NCBI GenBank assembly: GCA_965227775.1
Contig: OZ245777.1
Coordinates: 3,168,001 to 3,232,000, forward strand
Length of the DNA: 64,000 bases
Direction of reading: 5' to 3'
DNA from: Phycisphaerales bacterium
GTDB taxonomy: Bacteria > Planctomycetota > Phycisphaerae > Phycisphaerales > UBA1924
Part shown: piece after piece, positions 18,247-26,283 of the stretch
Numbering within the stretch: the first letter of the stretch is position 1
How the letters are laid out: each line of letters opens with the position of its first letter
The notes under the pieces: generated by a model
Database searches by the model: none
What the model was told of the DNA's origin: nothing
Seen by the model: the letters and a program-made list of their open reading frames with translations, nothing else
Made by a program: the position numbers and the translations under genes

Positions 18247-19344
18247 TCAGGGCCGCTCCTGGCGCTTGACGCGCTCTTCCATCGGAATCGGGTCAGTCTG
18301 CTCGACGCGGATGATGTGGATGTGGAACACCAGCGTCGAACCCGCCGGAAGATTCTGCATGACCACGTCGCCAAAACCGAGCTCGGGCGGGATGACGATC
18401 TTGCGCCGCACGCCCTCGAACAGCGGCTCGATGCCCTGCTTGAAGCCGCCCACGACGCGCAACGGATACGCCACGCGCATCGCCAGCCCGCGTTCGAACG
18501 TTGAGTCGAAGATCGTGCCGTCGGTCCGCCAGGCCTCGTAGTTGAGCAGCACCATGTCGCCCTCGTCAGTCGGGGGATCGTCGGTCTTGCCCTCGTTGTA
18601 GGTGATCACGGCCAGGCCGTCCTCGCTGACGCTAGCCGTCACCGGCGAGGTGCCCCGCTCCCAGGTGATCGCGCCGGTGCCGGGGATGGGCGTGGCATCA
18701 ATGCCGTAGAACGTGTCTTCCGAGACGACCCGATCGGGCCGAACGCGCATTGCGCTCGTCATCTCGACCGAGCCCGAGTCGGGCGTTGGATAAGCCTGGA
18801 TCGTCTCGCCGGCATAGCCCCCGCTGGCGCGCTCGAAGCGCAAGTCCTTGGTCGCCAGCAGTTCCTCGAGGCGGATCTCTTCGAGCGGCATGTGGTCGGG
18901 CGCGAGCCACAGCGAGGTGAGCATGCGCGCCCGCTCGGGGTCGCGAAACTCATAGGTGCGCAAACGCAGCGCCTCGCCGTAGCGGTACACGCGGAAGATC
19001 GCCTGCCGCACAGGCTCCCACGGCGTGGCGTCGCTGTGCACCTCGACATAAATCGCCCGGCCGAGCAGCTCGGTCTCGAAGGGCAGCATGTGCATCCAGA
19101 GCACCGCGGCATCCTCGCCCTGGCCGACCGAGCTGGTCGTCTTCCAGCTGCCCTCGAGCATGGAGGTCAGGCGGCTGATGTCCGCGTCGATCGGCTGGCC
19201 CACGAACAGGCTTGGCTGTGGTGCGGGCCCGTCCTCGGTCTCGTCGAAGCTGTTGGGGGTCGGCGTCGGCTGGGCGCACGCGAGCCACGCTGGGGCCATC
19301 ACGGCCGCCAGCGAAGCGAACAACGTCTTGCGGAATCGATGCAT
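18247..19344 (-). CDS. Exported CpcT/CpeT-like beta-barrel domain fused to an FKBP-type PPIase domain
   Basis: Signal peptide. N-domain AIYVEV...PWEPVRQAIFRVY resembles CpcT/CpeT. C-domain GDMVLLNYEAWRTDGTIFDST...RKIVIPPELGFG...LPAGSTLVFHI is FKBP-like. Confidence 0.7.
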   Translation of the reverse strand: MHRFRKTLFASLAAVMAPAWLACAQPTPTPNSFDETEDGPAPQPSLFVGQPIDADISRLTSMLEGSWKTTSSVGQGEDAAVLWMHMLPFETELLGRAIYVEVHSDATPWEPVRQAIFRVYRYGEALRLRTYEFRDPERARMLTSLWLAPDHMPLEEIRLEELLATKDLRFERASGGYAGETIQAYPTPDSGSVEMTSAMRVRPDRVVSEDTFYGIDATPIPGTGAITWERGTSPVTASVSEDGLAVITYNEGKTDDPPTDEGDMVLLNYEAWRTDGTIFDSTFERGLAMRVAYPLRVVGGFKQGIEPLFEGVRRKIVIPPELGFGDVVMQNLPAGSTLVFHIHIIRVEQTDPIPMEERVKRQERP

Positions 19345-19430
19345 GCAGGCACTCCTACTTTGGCAACGGACCATTGTATGGGCCTTTGCTACGACGGGGC
19401 CTGCGGGGGTTTGGGCGCTCAGCCCGGCAC

Positions 19431-20414
19431 TCAGGCCAGCTCGGGGAACATCTTCTGCACGATGCCCACCAGGTCCTGCACGTGGCTGACGCTCTCGTCG
19501 AACAGGGCCTTCTCGCCGCCCTCGAAGTCGAAGTCGACGACCTTCTCGACGCCGCCCTTGCCCAGCAGCGCGGGCACGCCCACGAAGTAGCCCTTGGCCG
19601 CGCCGCCGAACTCGCTATCGCAGTAGACGGCGCTGGGGATGATGCGCTTCTTGTCCTTGATGATGGCCTCGACCATCTGGATGGTGCCGCTGGCAGGCGC
19701 GTAGTAGGCGCTGGTGCCCATGAGCTTGACGACCTCGCCGCCGCCGACCTTGGCGCGCTCGACGCACGCGGTGATCTTGTCCTCGCTCAGCAGGCTGGTG
19801 ACCGGGATGCCGTGCACGCTGGTCAGGCGCGGCAGCGGCACCATGTCATCGCCGTGGCCGCCCAGCAAGAGCGCCTGCACGTCCTCGACCGAGCAGCCGA
19901 TCTCCCACGCCAGGAACGTGCGGTACCGCGCGACGTCGAGCGCGCCGGCCTGGCCCATGATGCGGTTGGTCGGGAAGCCCGTGGCCTTCCACGCCGTGTA
20001 CACCATGGCGTCAAGAGGATTACTCACGACGATGACGATGCTGTCGGGCGCGTGTTGCTTGATGTTCTCGCTCACGCTCTTGACGATCTTGACGTTGGTC
20101 TCGATCAGGTCGTCGCGGCTCATGCCCGGCTTGCGCGGCAGGCCGGCCGTCACGACCACCACGTCGCTGCCGGCGATGTCGGCGTAGTCGCTGGTGCCGA
20201 TGATGTTGCTGTCGAAGCGTTCGATCGGGCCGCAGCAGGCCAGATCCAGCATCTTGCCCTGGGCCACGCCCACCTTGTCGGGAATGTCGAGCACGACGAC
20301 GTCGCCTAGTTCCTTTGCCGCCGCCCAGTGGGCGCACGTGGCGCCGACGTTGCCGGCCCCGATGATGCTGATCTTGGGGCGGCTGGTCTTCATCTTGGGG
20401 GTCGGGCTGGTCAT
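19431..20414 (-). CDS. mdh: Malate dehydrogenase (LDH-like type)
   Basis: IIGAGNVG, TAGLPRKPGMSRDDL, VSNPLDAM, LDVAR and GGHGD. Confidence 0.95.
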   Translation of the reverse strand: MTSPTPKMKTSRPKISIIGAGNVGATCAHWAAAKELGDVVVLDIPDKVGVAQGKMLDLACCGPIERFDSNIIGTSDYADIAGSDVVVVTAGLPRKPGMSRDDLIETNVKIVKSVSENIKQHAPDSIVIVVSNPLDAMVYTAWKATGFPTNRIMGQAGALDVARYRTFLAWEIGCSVEDVQALLLGGHGDDMVPLPRLTSVHGIPVTSLLSEDKITACVERAKVGGGEVVKLMGTSAYYAPASGTIQMVEAIIKDKKRIIPSAVYCDSEFGGAAKGYFVGVPALLGKGGVEKVVDFDFEGGEKALFDESVSHVQDLVGIVQKMFPELA

Positions 20415-20512
20415 GCTCGGTCTCCGTCTGGTGGGCCTGGGGTGCGGTTGGTCGGAAGGCGAGCAGGGTAGGAAGGGGCCCTTGAGAAGGCACGTTTGGC
20501 AACACAAAAGAC

Positions 20513-20542
20513 AAGGCCCGGGACGGATTCGTCCCGGGCCTT
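20513..20542 (-). terminator. Strong hairpin terminator
   Basis: 13-bp perfect stem AAGGCCCGGGACG/CGTCCCGGGCCTT with T-rich flanks. Confidence 0.8.
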
Positions 20543-20570
20543 CTTGTGTGTTTCGTTCTGTCTGGAAGGC

Positions 20571-21335
20571 TCAGCCGGCCTTGTCGGCGCCCTTGGCGGT
20601 CTGGGCGTCCTTGAGGGCCTGGGCGTCCTCGATGGTCAGCGTCTCGCCGCCCTCACCCCCGCTCTGAACGGCGCTCTCGCTCACGCTCTCACCACCAACC
20701 GTCCCGAAGTTGAACACCCGCTCGTCGCTCCAGTCGCTGCGGACGTTGTTGGTGAGCTTGGTGGCCACCTGGTAGCCGATCCATTCCACGCCGCCGGGCA
20801 CGCTGCTGTCGGTCCACGCCTTCTCGCCGGTCGTGTCCATGTAGGTGAACGGCTGGGCGTCCTGGCCGATGGGCTTGACGCGGCGCTGGATGACGAAGAC
20901 CGAGCCCTGGCCCTTGTTGGCCTCGTAGGTAAGCACGAGCTCGCCGTTGGTCGTGTTGCGGAGGGCGAGGCCGGTGGGCACGGGCGCCTCGCTGCGGGGC
21001 GTCTTGGGCCTTGGCTCGGGGATGCTGGCCTTGACGTAGACGCTCTCGTCGGCGGTCGCCTTGGCGTAGCCGTCGATCTGGGTGACCAGGCCGCCCATGG
21101 TCGTGCGCAGGTCGCCGACCTTGAGGTCCTTGTCGGCCGTCTTCGTGACCGAGTCGAGGCGGACGGTCTCGGCTGCGTCGAGGGCCGACTGGGCCGCGTC
21201 GAGCTTGAGCTGCGCTTCGGCGACTTGCTCCGATGTCATGCCGATGGTGGGCGCGACACCGTTGCCAGCCCAGATGGTCAGGTGCTGTGCGGCCCAGGTG
21301 AGGAACTCTTGCTCGCGGTCGGGGAGACGTGACAT
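20571..21335 (-). CDS. Hypothetical protein, helical N-domain plus fibronectin-III-like C-domain
   Basis: Strongly GC-biased codon usage. Amphipathic helices followed by PVPTGLA...LVLTY...FVIQRR...WTDSSVP...YQV...SDWS, an Fn3-like pattern. Confidence 0.75.
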   Translation of the reverse strand: MSRLPDREQEFLTWAAQHLTIWAGNGVAPTIGMTSEQVAEAQLKLDAAQSALDAAETVRLDSVTKTADKDLKVGDLRTTMGGLVTQIDGYAKATADESVYVKASIPEPRPKTPRSEAPVPTGLALRNTTNGELVLTYEANKGQGSVFVIQRRVKPIGQDAQPFTYMDTTGEKAWTDSSVPGGVEWIGYQVATKLTNNVRSDWSDERVFNFGTVGGESVSESAVQSGGEGGETLTIEDAQALKDAQTAKGADKAG

Positions 21336-21644
21336 GACGACGACCTCGCATCCGGCGTTCGCCCGCCGATCGGCGGCCCCGGCGGCGTGCCGGGGCTAGT
21401 GGGCTCATCGTCGGTCCGCGGGTGCGGGTTGAGTCGATCGTGAGGATTTTCTTGGGTGGATCTGGGGTTGGGGTCCGGGAACGTGGGAGGATGCGGACTG
21501 GGGGGCTCTGATCAACGCCTCCTGAAGCCGAGGGATAGCACCCTCGATGCGATGGGCCAGCCACAATCGACAGAGCAGTCCGCCATGACGACGGCTATCG
21601 TGGGGACTGCTACTCGAACATCGCCAAATGAAAGGGGCTGGCAC

Positions 21645-22424
21645 TTGCAGTCCAACCTGGCAACATACAAGGCCGACATTGAGAGGCTCTACGAAACCGG
21701 CACCGAGCTACTTGCGAGCCTGGTTGCCCAGCACGCGCCGGCAGAGTTTGAGAAGGCATTTAAGGACGCGGAAGCAGTTCGCAATGACCTACCAGAATTT
21801 CAGAAGGACTACCAAGCGTGGTACTCTGAGGCACTGGTAGCCGTCAAGCTACTGCTTCCTGATCGACTTGAGGACTTTATTCGACACTACGAGGCTCCCA
21901 AGAATCGGCGGGAACTTACGCTCGACAACTATCGCATTGAGGACGCACTTCGCAACCTCAGCAGCCCTTTCATGAGCTACAACCCGATGTCCGCGTACGC
22001 CCATGTTGAGCAACAGGTAGAGATCGTCGGTGCGCTGCAGAGACGTCTGGAGAGTTCGCTGTTTGATATCCGCCAACTTGTCTTGGCCGATCTGATGGAT
22101 TCCGAGCTTGACGCAGCCAGGGAGTTAACAAAGAAGGGCTTTCACCGCGCGGCTGGAGCCATCGCTGGCGTCGTGCTCGAGAAGCACCTCGCGCAAGTGT
22201 GCTCGAACCACAAGCTCAAGATTGCCAAGAAGAACCCCACGATTAGCAACTTCAACGATGCACTCAAGGACGCGAACGTGGTCGAGATCCCGCAGTGGCG
22301 GCAAGTCCAGCACCTCGGCGACCTGCGCAACCTCTGCGATCATGGCAAGGGCAAGGAGCCGACCGCTGATGACGCGGAAGACCTGATTAAGGGCGTGACC
22401 AAGCTCACCAAGACACTATTCTGA
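21645..22424 (+). CDS. HEPN-domain (DUF4145-like) protein
   Basis: C-terminal RAAGAIAGVVLEKHL...NDALK...LGDLRNLCDH carries the R-x4-H motif. Probable TTG start after an AGGGG RBS. Confidence 0.75.
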   Translation: MQSNLATYKADIERLYETGTELLASLVAQHAPAEFEKAFKDAEAVRNDLPEFQKDYQAWYSEALVAVKLLLPDRLEDFIRHYEAPKNRRELTLDNYRIEDALRNLSSPFMSYNPMSAYAHVEQQVEIVGALQRRLESSLFDIRQLVLADLMDSELDAARELTKKGFHRAAGAIAGVVLEKHLAQVCSNHKLKIAKKNPTISNFNDALKDANVVEIPQWRQVQHLGDLRNLCDHGKGKEPTADDAEDLIKGVTKLTKTLF

Positions 22425-22591
22425 GAGCGGATCACCGCACCTCCTATTCACACTCGACGGCACAATTACACCACATCGCCACTTTTCGCTGTCATCTACA
22501 TCTGATTTGTAGTCGCCAACTTGTGGGGCTTTGGCCGGATCACCACGCCGACCGTCAGCTCGATCACCCGGCCTGCATGCCGGCCTAGACC

Positions 22592-23278
22592 TCAATGTTG
22601 AGGCCCATCACTATCCGGCGTCAGCGATCTGTTCCCCGGTTGCTTAGCTTCACGCTTCTTTCGCGCCTCGAGATACAACCGGTAGGGCTTCACTGTCCGC
22701 CCAAAGACGTTAAACAAGGGCATTGCCGAAAATGCTTCGAACACGACTTCCGCATAGATATCAGGTATCCACCCAACAAAATCTCGCTTGTTGATCACCT
22801 CTACACCCATTTTTCGCACAACCACCTCGGGAGCCTTTCGGGGGCCCGCCAGCTTGTACGCGATCACAATTCGATCATTTGCATTCAGATAATCCACATT
22901 GAGACTTCGACACTTATCATCACCGCCAAGCGAAAGGGAACTCCCGTCGAACTCAAAGTTTGCCAAACCGACCTCAAAGTCGATCAAGGCGGTTCCCTCA
23001 TTCGCCGACACTTTCGCCTCTACATCCTGGACCGGAACATTTCCTGTGTTCTGAATCGCCACCTCACCCATGTAGAGGTGCTCGATCTGCTGTTCCTTAT
23101 AGACTATTTTGACATCGGATTTTACCTGATCGCCCACATCGAGAAGTTTGGCCAAGGGAGAAACGACAACAGCAAGTCGCTTGCGTTGCTGCAATCGTTT
23201 GCTTACAAGCCAATGACCTAGAATACCGAGAAAAACGCCAGCGATCGCAAAGATCCCATTCACGACTTCAGGCCGCAT
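22592..23278 (-). CDS. Hypothetical single-TM protein with beta-rich domain
   Basis: AAGGAG RBS, N-terminal TM helix, AT-richer sequence. Confidence 0.7.
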   Translation of the reverse strand: MRPEVVNGIFAIAGVFLGILGHWLVSKRLQQRKRLAVVVSPLAKLLDVGDQVKSDVKIVYKEQQIEHLYMGEVAIQNTGNVPVQDVEAKVSANEGTALIDFEVGLANFEFDGSSLSLGGDDKCRSLNVDYLNANDRIVIAYKLAGPRKAPEVVVRKMGVEVINKRDFVGWIPDIYAEVVFEAFSAMPLFNVFGRTVKPYRLYLEARKKREAKQPGNRSLTPDSDGPQH

Positions 23279-23438
23279 ACAAATGACTCCTTGATTGCTA
23301 AGCTACCGCTAGGTGAACAGTAGTCCGCATCGGACATGACAATTCTAATCCAGTAGGCCTGGCAGGCTTCCGCTACATTAGCACACGACCGCAACGATCA
23401 CTCATCTAGCACACCAAGTCTTGCTCGAGCGTGTAAAC

Positions 23439-24212
23439 CTACTTATTATGATTCATCAGCGCCCAACCCAACCCAATCACGATCGCTATCACCCAAAATA
23501 TAAAGGCGTATGCGGGCCCATATACGATCCAGTGAAATGCAATAAACATCTTATCAGCTAGACTATTTTCGGATTGAATCAGCCACTGATGCTCTGTGTT
23601 TGTCTGAGCCAGCACGGAGCATGCTAGGAGTAGCAGAACTAATCCTACGGTACTTCCTGAGAGCTGGCCCTCGCATTCAGCTACAATGTAACGTACTACG
23701 CTTACCATCCCAACTAACCACAGCAGCATTGCGGCCAGCCACGCATGCTGTTGACCTAACAGCACTTCAAAACACACACACCCGGCGTGGCAAATCATGA
23801 ATCCCAATACGAATAATACTCCCGCACTCACATTTCGAAATAGACTGCCGAGTGCGATCGCTGTGACCATCAGCCAAACGGCCCTTGCTGCAGTCGCCAG
23901 AGCTGCCACTAACGCATGACTGAGAGCCAATGCGCCATCTCTTACCGATCCATCACTATGGAACCCGATACCGACCGTCTGAGCCATGACACCAAACAGC
24001 ATGAACACCGCGAACCCGACCACAATAGCTGCACCAGAGTGCCCCTCGTGGTGTTGATTCCACAGACCAAAAGCAAATACTCCCATAGCGATGGAGAACA
24101 GAGTCGAAACGACTGCCACAGCAAACGCCACGACAACTGCCATCCACTCCCCACTTATCTCAATCGAGTGGCCTGAAGTCCACCCTTCAAAGAAGGCAGA
24201 AAGAAACCGCAT
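23439..24212 (-). CDS. Hypothetical polytopic membrane protein
   Basis: About 7 hydrophobic segments, GGGAG RBS, AT-richer sequence. Confidence 0.65.
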   Translation of the reverse strand: MRFLSAFFEGWTSGHSIEISGEWMAVVVAFAVAVVSTLFSIAMGVFAFGLWNQHHEGHSGAAIVVGFAVFMLFGVMAQTVGIGFHSDGSVRDGALALSHALVAALATAARAVWLMVTAIALGSLFRNVSAGVLFVLGFMICHAGCVCFEVLLGQQHAWLAAMLLWLVGMVSVVRYIVAECEGQLSGSTVGLVLLLLACSVLAQTNTEHQWLIQSENSLADKMFIAFHWIVYGPAYAFIFWVIAIVIGLGWALMNHNK

Positions 24213-24512
24213 GCGTCGCTCCCAAATCCAATCGGCATCTCTCAGGCGGTGATTTGGTACTGACTTAACGCCAGCGGTCAGCGCAATGGTCCGCCGGATT
24301 TCATTCTACAATGACACTCGCTTCAGAGCTCCCGGCTTTCTCGTCCGGGACTGAGAGTTCCCGATACGGGGTCGATCACATGGTCTCGCCTTAAGTACGT
24401 TACTTGAGGTCCTAGGCAATTTTGGAGATCAGTTCCGCCATCGGGACACAACGAACACCCCCATTACAACCACGAACGCGGCACGAGGCGATAGTGACAC
24501 GCAGCCCGAGAG

Positions 24513-24764
24513 GCCGCTCCGATCATGCCCGGAGCCCCTCCACCACCGTCCGGAAACGCCCCGGCACGCACGAACGCCGCCCCGGCCATGACCAAAACCC
24601 CTCCGGACATTGCCGAAGGCCTTCCAGACCATGCCAGAGCCGTTCCGGCACGCACGGGAGGCTCTCCGGACAGGACGAGAGCCGCTCCGGTCATGACGGG
24701 AGCCGCTCTGGCAGCTGGAAATGCCGCACTCCGTTGAGCCAGAGCCGCATTCGGAAGACAAGGA
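24513..24764. repeat. Degenerate 21-bp tandem repeat array (about 12 units)
   Basis: Units such as gccgctccgatcatgcccgga, gccgccccggccatgaccaaa, gccgttccggcacgcacggga and gccgctccggtcatgacggga align at exactly 21-bp spacing. Confidence 0.8.
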
Positions 24765-24805
24765 TACGGTTTCCGTTCATGTCGGGTCGGCGGGTGTTTG
24801 GGGAT

Positions 24806-24898
24806 GGGCAATGGGCACGAGGCAATAGGCAATGGGCCCGCGAACCAGAGCCCGCTCCCCCTCCGACCCCATTGCCCATTGCCTCACGCCCATTGCCC
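24806..24898 (-). repeat. 31-bp inverted repeat built from GGCAATG heptamers
   Basis: Left arm gggcaatgggcacgaggcaataggcaatggg versus right arm cccattgcccattgcctcacgcccattgccc, with 3 mismatches. Confidence 0.85.
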
Positions 24899-24906
24899 CG
24901 GTCGAC

Positions 24907-26271
24907 CTACCGCGCGGGCGCGAGCGGGCGCTTCAGCGTCATGCTCATCACCGCGAGCGCGACGGCGAGCGCGGCGCACGCGGCGAGGCCAATGGTGAAC
25001 GAGCCGGAGTAGTCCAAACTGACGCCCAGCACCACCGGGCCAAGGCCCGTGCCGGCGACGCCGAGGAAGGTAAGAAAGCCGCGGATGCTGCCGTGGTGGC
25101 GGCGGCCGAAGTAGCGGGCGACCGTTGGCACCCCCACCGCCGAGCCGATCGCCATCGCCATGCCGTACAGCGCCATCGCGGCGCACAGCAGCACGGCCGA
25201 GTCGGCGACGATCACCAGCCCGGGGCTGGCGGCCATGAGCAGCGCGGCGAGCGCGAGCAGGCCGCGCGGGGGCACGCGGTCGGCCAGGTAGCCAACGGGC
25301 AAGACGAGCGCGGCGACGGCCAGGGCCCAGCTCATGCTCATCGCCGCCGAGAGCGCGGGGTCGAGGCCGCGGGCGATCAGGATCGGCTGGGCATGGAACA
25401 GCAGCGCCGTGCCCGTGAAGCCGCTGAGGACCATCGCGCCCGCGAGGATCCAGAAGGCGCGCGTCGAGACGGTCTGCTTCAGCGTGAACGCTGGGTCAGG
25501 GTGCTTGGGTAACTCGGGCTTCGCGATCGAGGAAGCGCCCTGTACTTCGGATTCTTCTTGCGTTGATAGAAGCGGCCCCTGGCCGTCGCCATCGATCTGC
25601 TGGCCCTTCTCTTCGGGGCGGTCGCGCAGCACGAACGCGGCGAGCGGCAGGATGATGAGCCAGACGAGCACGCCCAGCGCCGCGTAGGCCCAGCGCCAGC
25701 CGACGAGCTGGATCAGCCCGATGGCGATCAGCGGCGTGAGCGCGAAGCCGCCCTGGGCGAAGACCATCTTCAGGCCGTTGATCGTGCCGAGCTTGCGCTC
25801 GTACCACAGCGCGAGGATGTGCCCGCTGAGCATGGACAGGGAGCCCTGGCCCAGGAACCGCAGGCCGAAGAAGCACAGGGTCAGCACGGGCAGCGAGCGG
25901 GCCTGGCCCGCGGCGATGCAGGCGCCGCCGAAGAGCAGCGCGATGACGAACATCACGCGGCGCGGGCCGAACTTATCTGCTATGGCACCCACGAAGGTCA
26001 GCGGCATCGCGGCCGTGACGGTGCCGACGAGGTAGGCCGTGCTGAGCTGCGTCGCGCTCAGGCCCAGCGTCGTCGTGAACGAGTCGTTGAACTGGCTGAC
26101 GACGACCGTCTGCCCGGGCGCGGTGGCAACCAGGGCGATGGTGCACGCCGCGGCGATGACGGGTCCGTAAAAAGGGCTCGGCTGCGCCGGTTGGGAGGCA
26201 AGAAGGTCCGGGGTCTCGGGCGCTGACTCGGTCGCATGTTCGAGCTGGGCTTCGGGCGGAGAAACTGGCAT
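24907..26271 (-). CDS. MFS transporter
   Basis: About 12 TM helices. Motif A as GAIADKFGPRR and GYLADRVPPR. Confidence 0.92.
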   Translation of the reverse strand: MPVSPPEAQLEHATESAPETPDLLASQPAQPSPFYGPVIAAACTIALVATAPGQTVVVSQFNDSFTTTLGLSATQLSTAYLVGTVTAAMPLTFVGAIADKFGPRRVMFVIALLFGGACIAAGQARSLPVLTLCFFGLRFLGQGSLSMLSGHILALWYERKLGTINGLKMVFAQGGFALTPLIAIGLIQLVGWRWAYAALGVLVWLIILPLAAFVLRDRPEEKGQQIDGDGQGPLLSTQEESEVQGASSIAKPELPKHPDPAFTLKQTVSTRAFWILAGAMVLSGFTGTALLFHAQPILIARGLDPALSAAMSMSWALAVAALVLPVGYLADRVPPRGLLALAALLMAASPGLVIVADSAVLLCAAMALYGMAMAIGSAVGVPTVARYFGRRHHGSIRGFLTFLGVAGTGLGPVVLGVSLDYSGSFTIGLAACAALAVALAVMSMTLKRPLAPAR

Positions 26272-26283
26272 GAAGCGGGGAGT

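Noticed and set aside
24384..24411. Possible dif (XerCD) site near ftsK
   Set aside because: The TAA...TTA spacing is 5 rather than 6 nt, and the right arm does not match TTATGTTAAAT.
24513..24764. 21-bp array as a CRISPR array
   Set aside because: There is no constant repeat with unique spacers and there are no cas genes.
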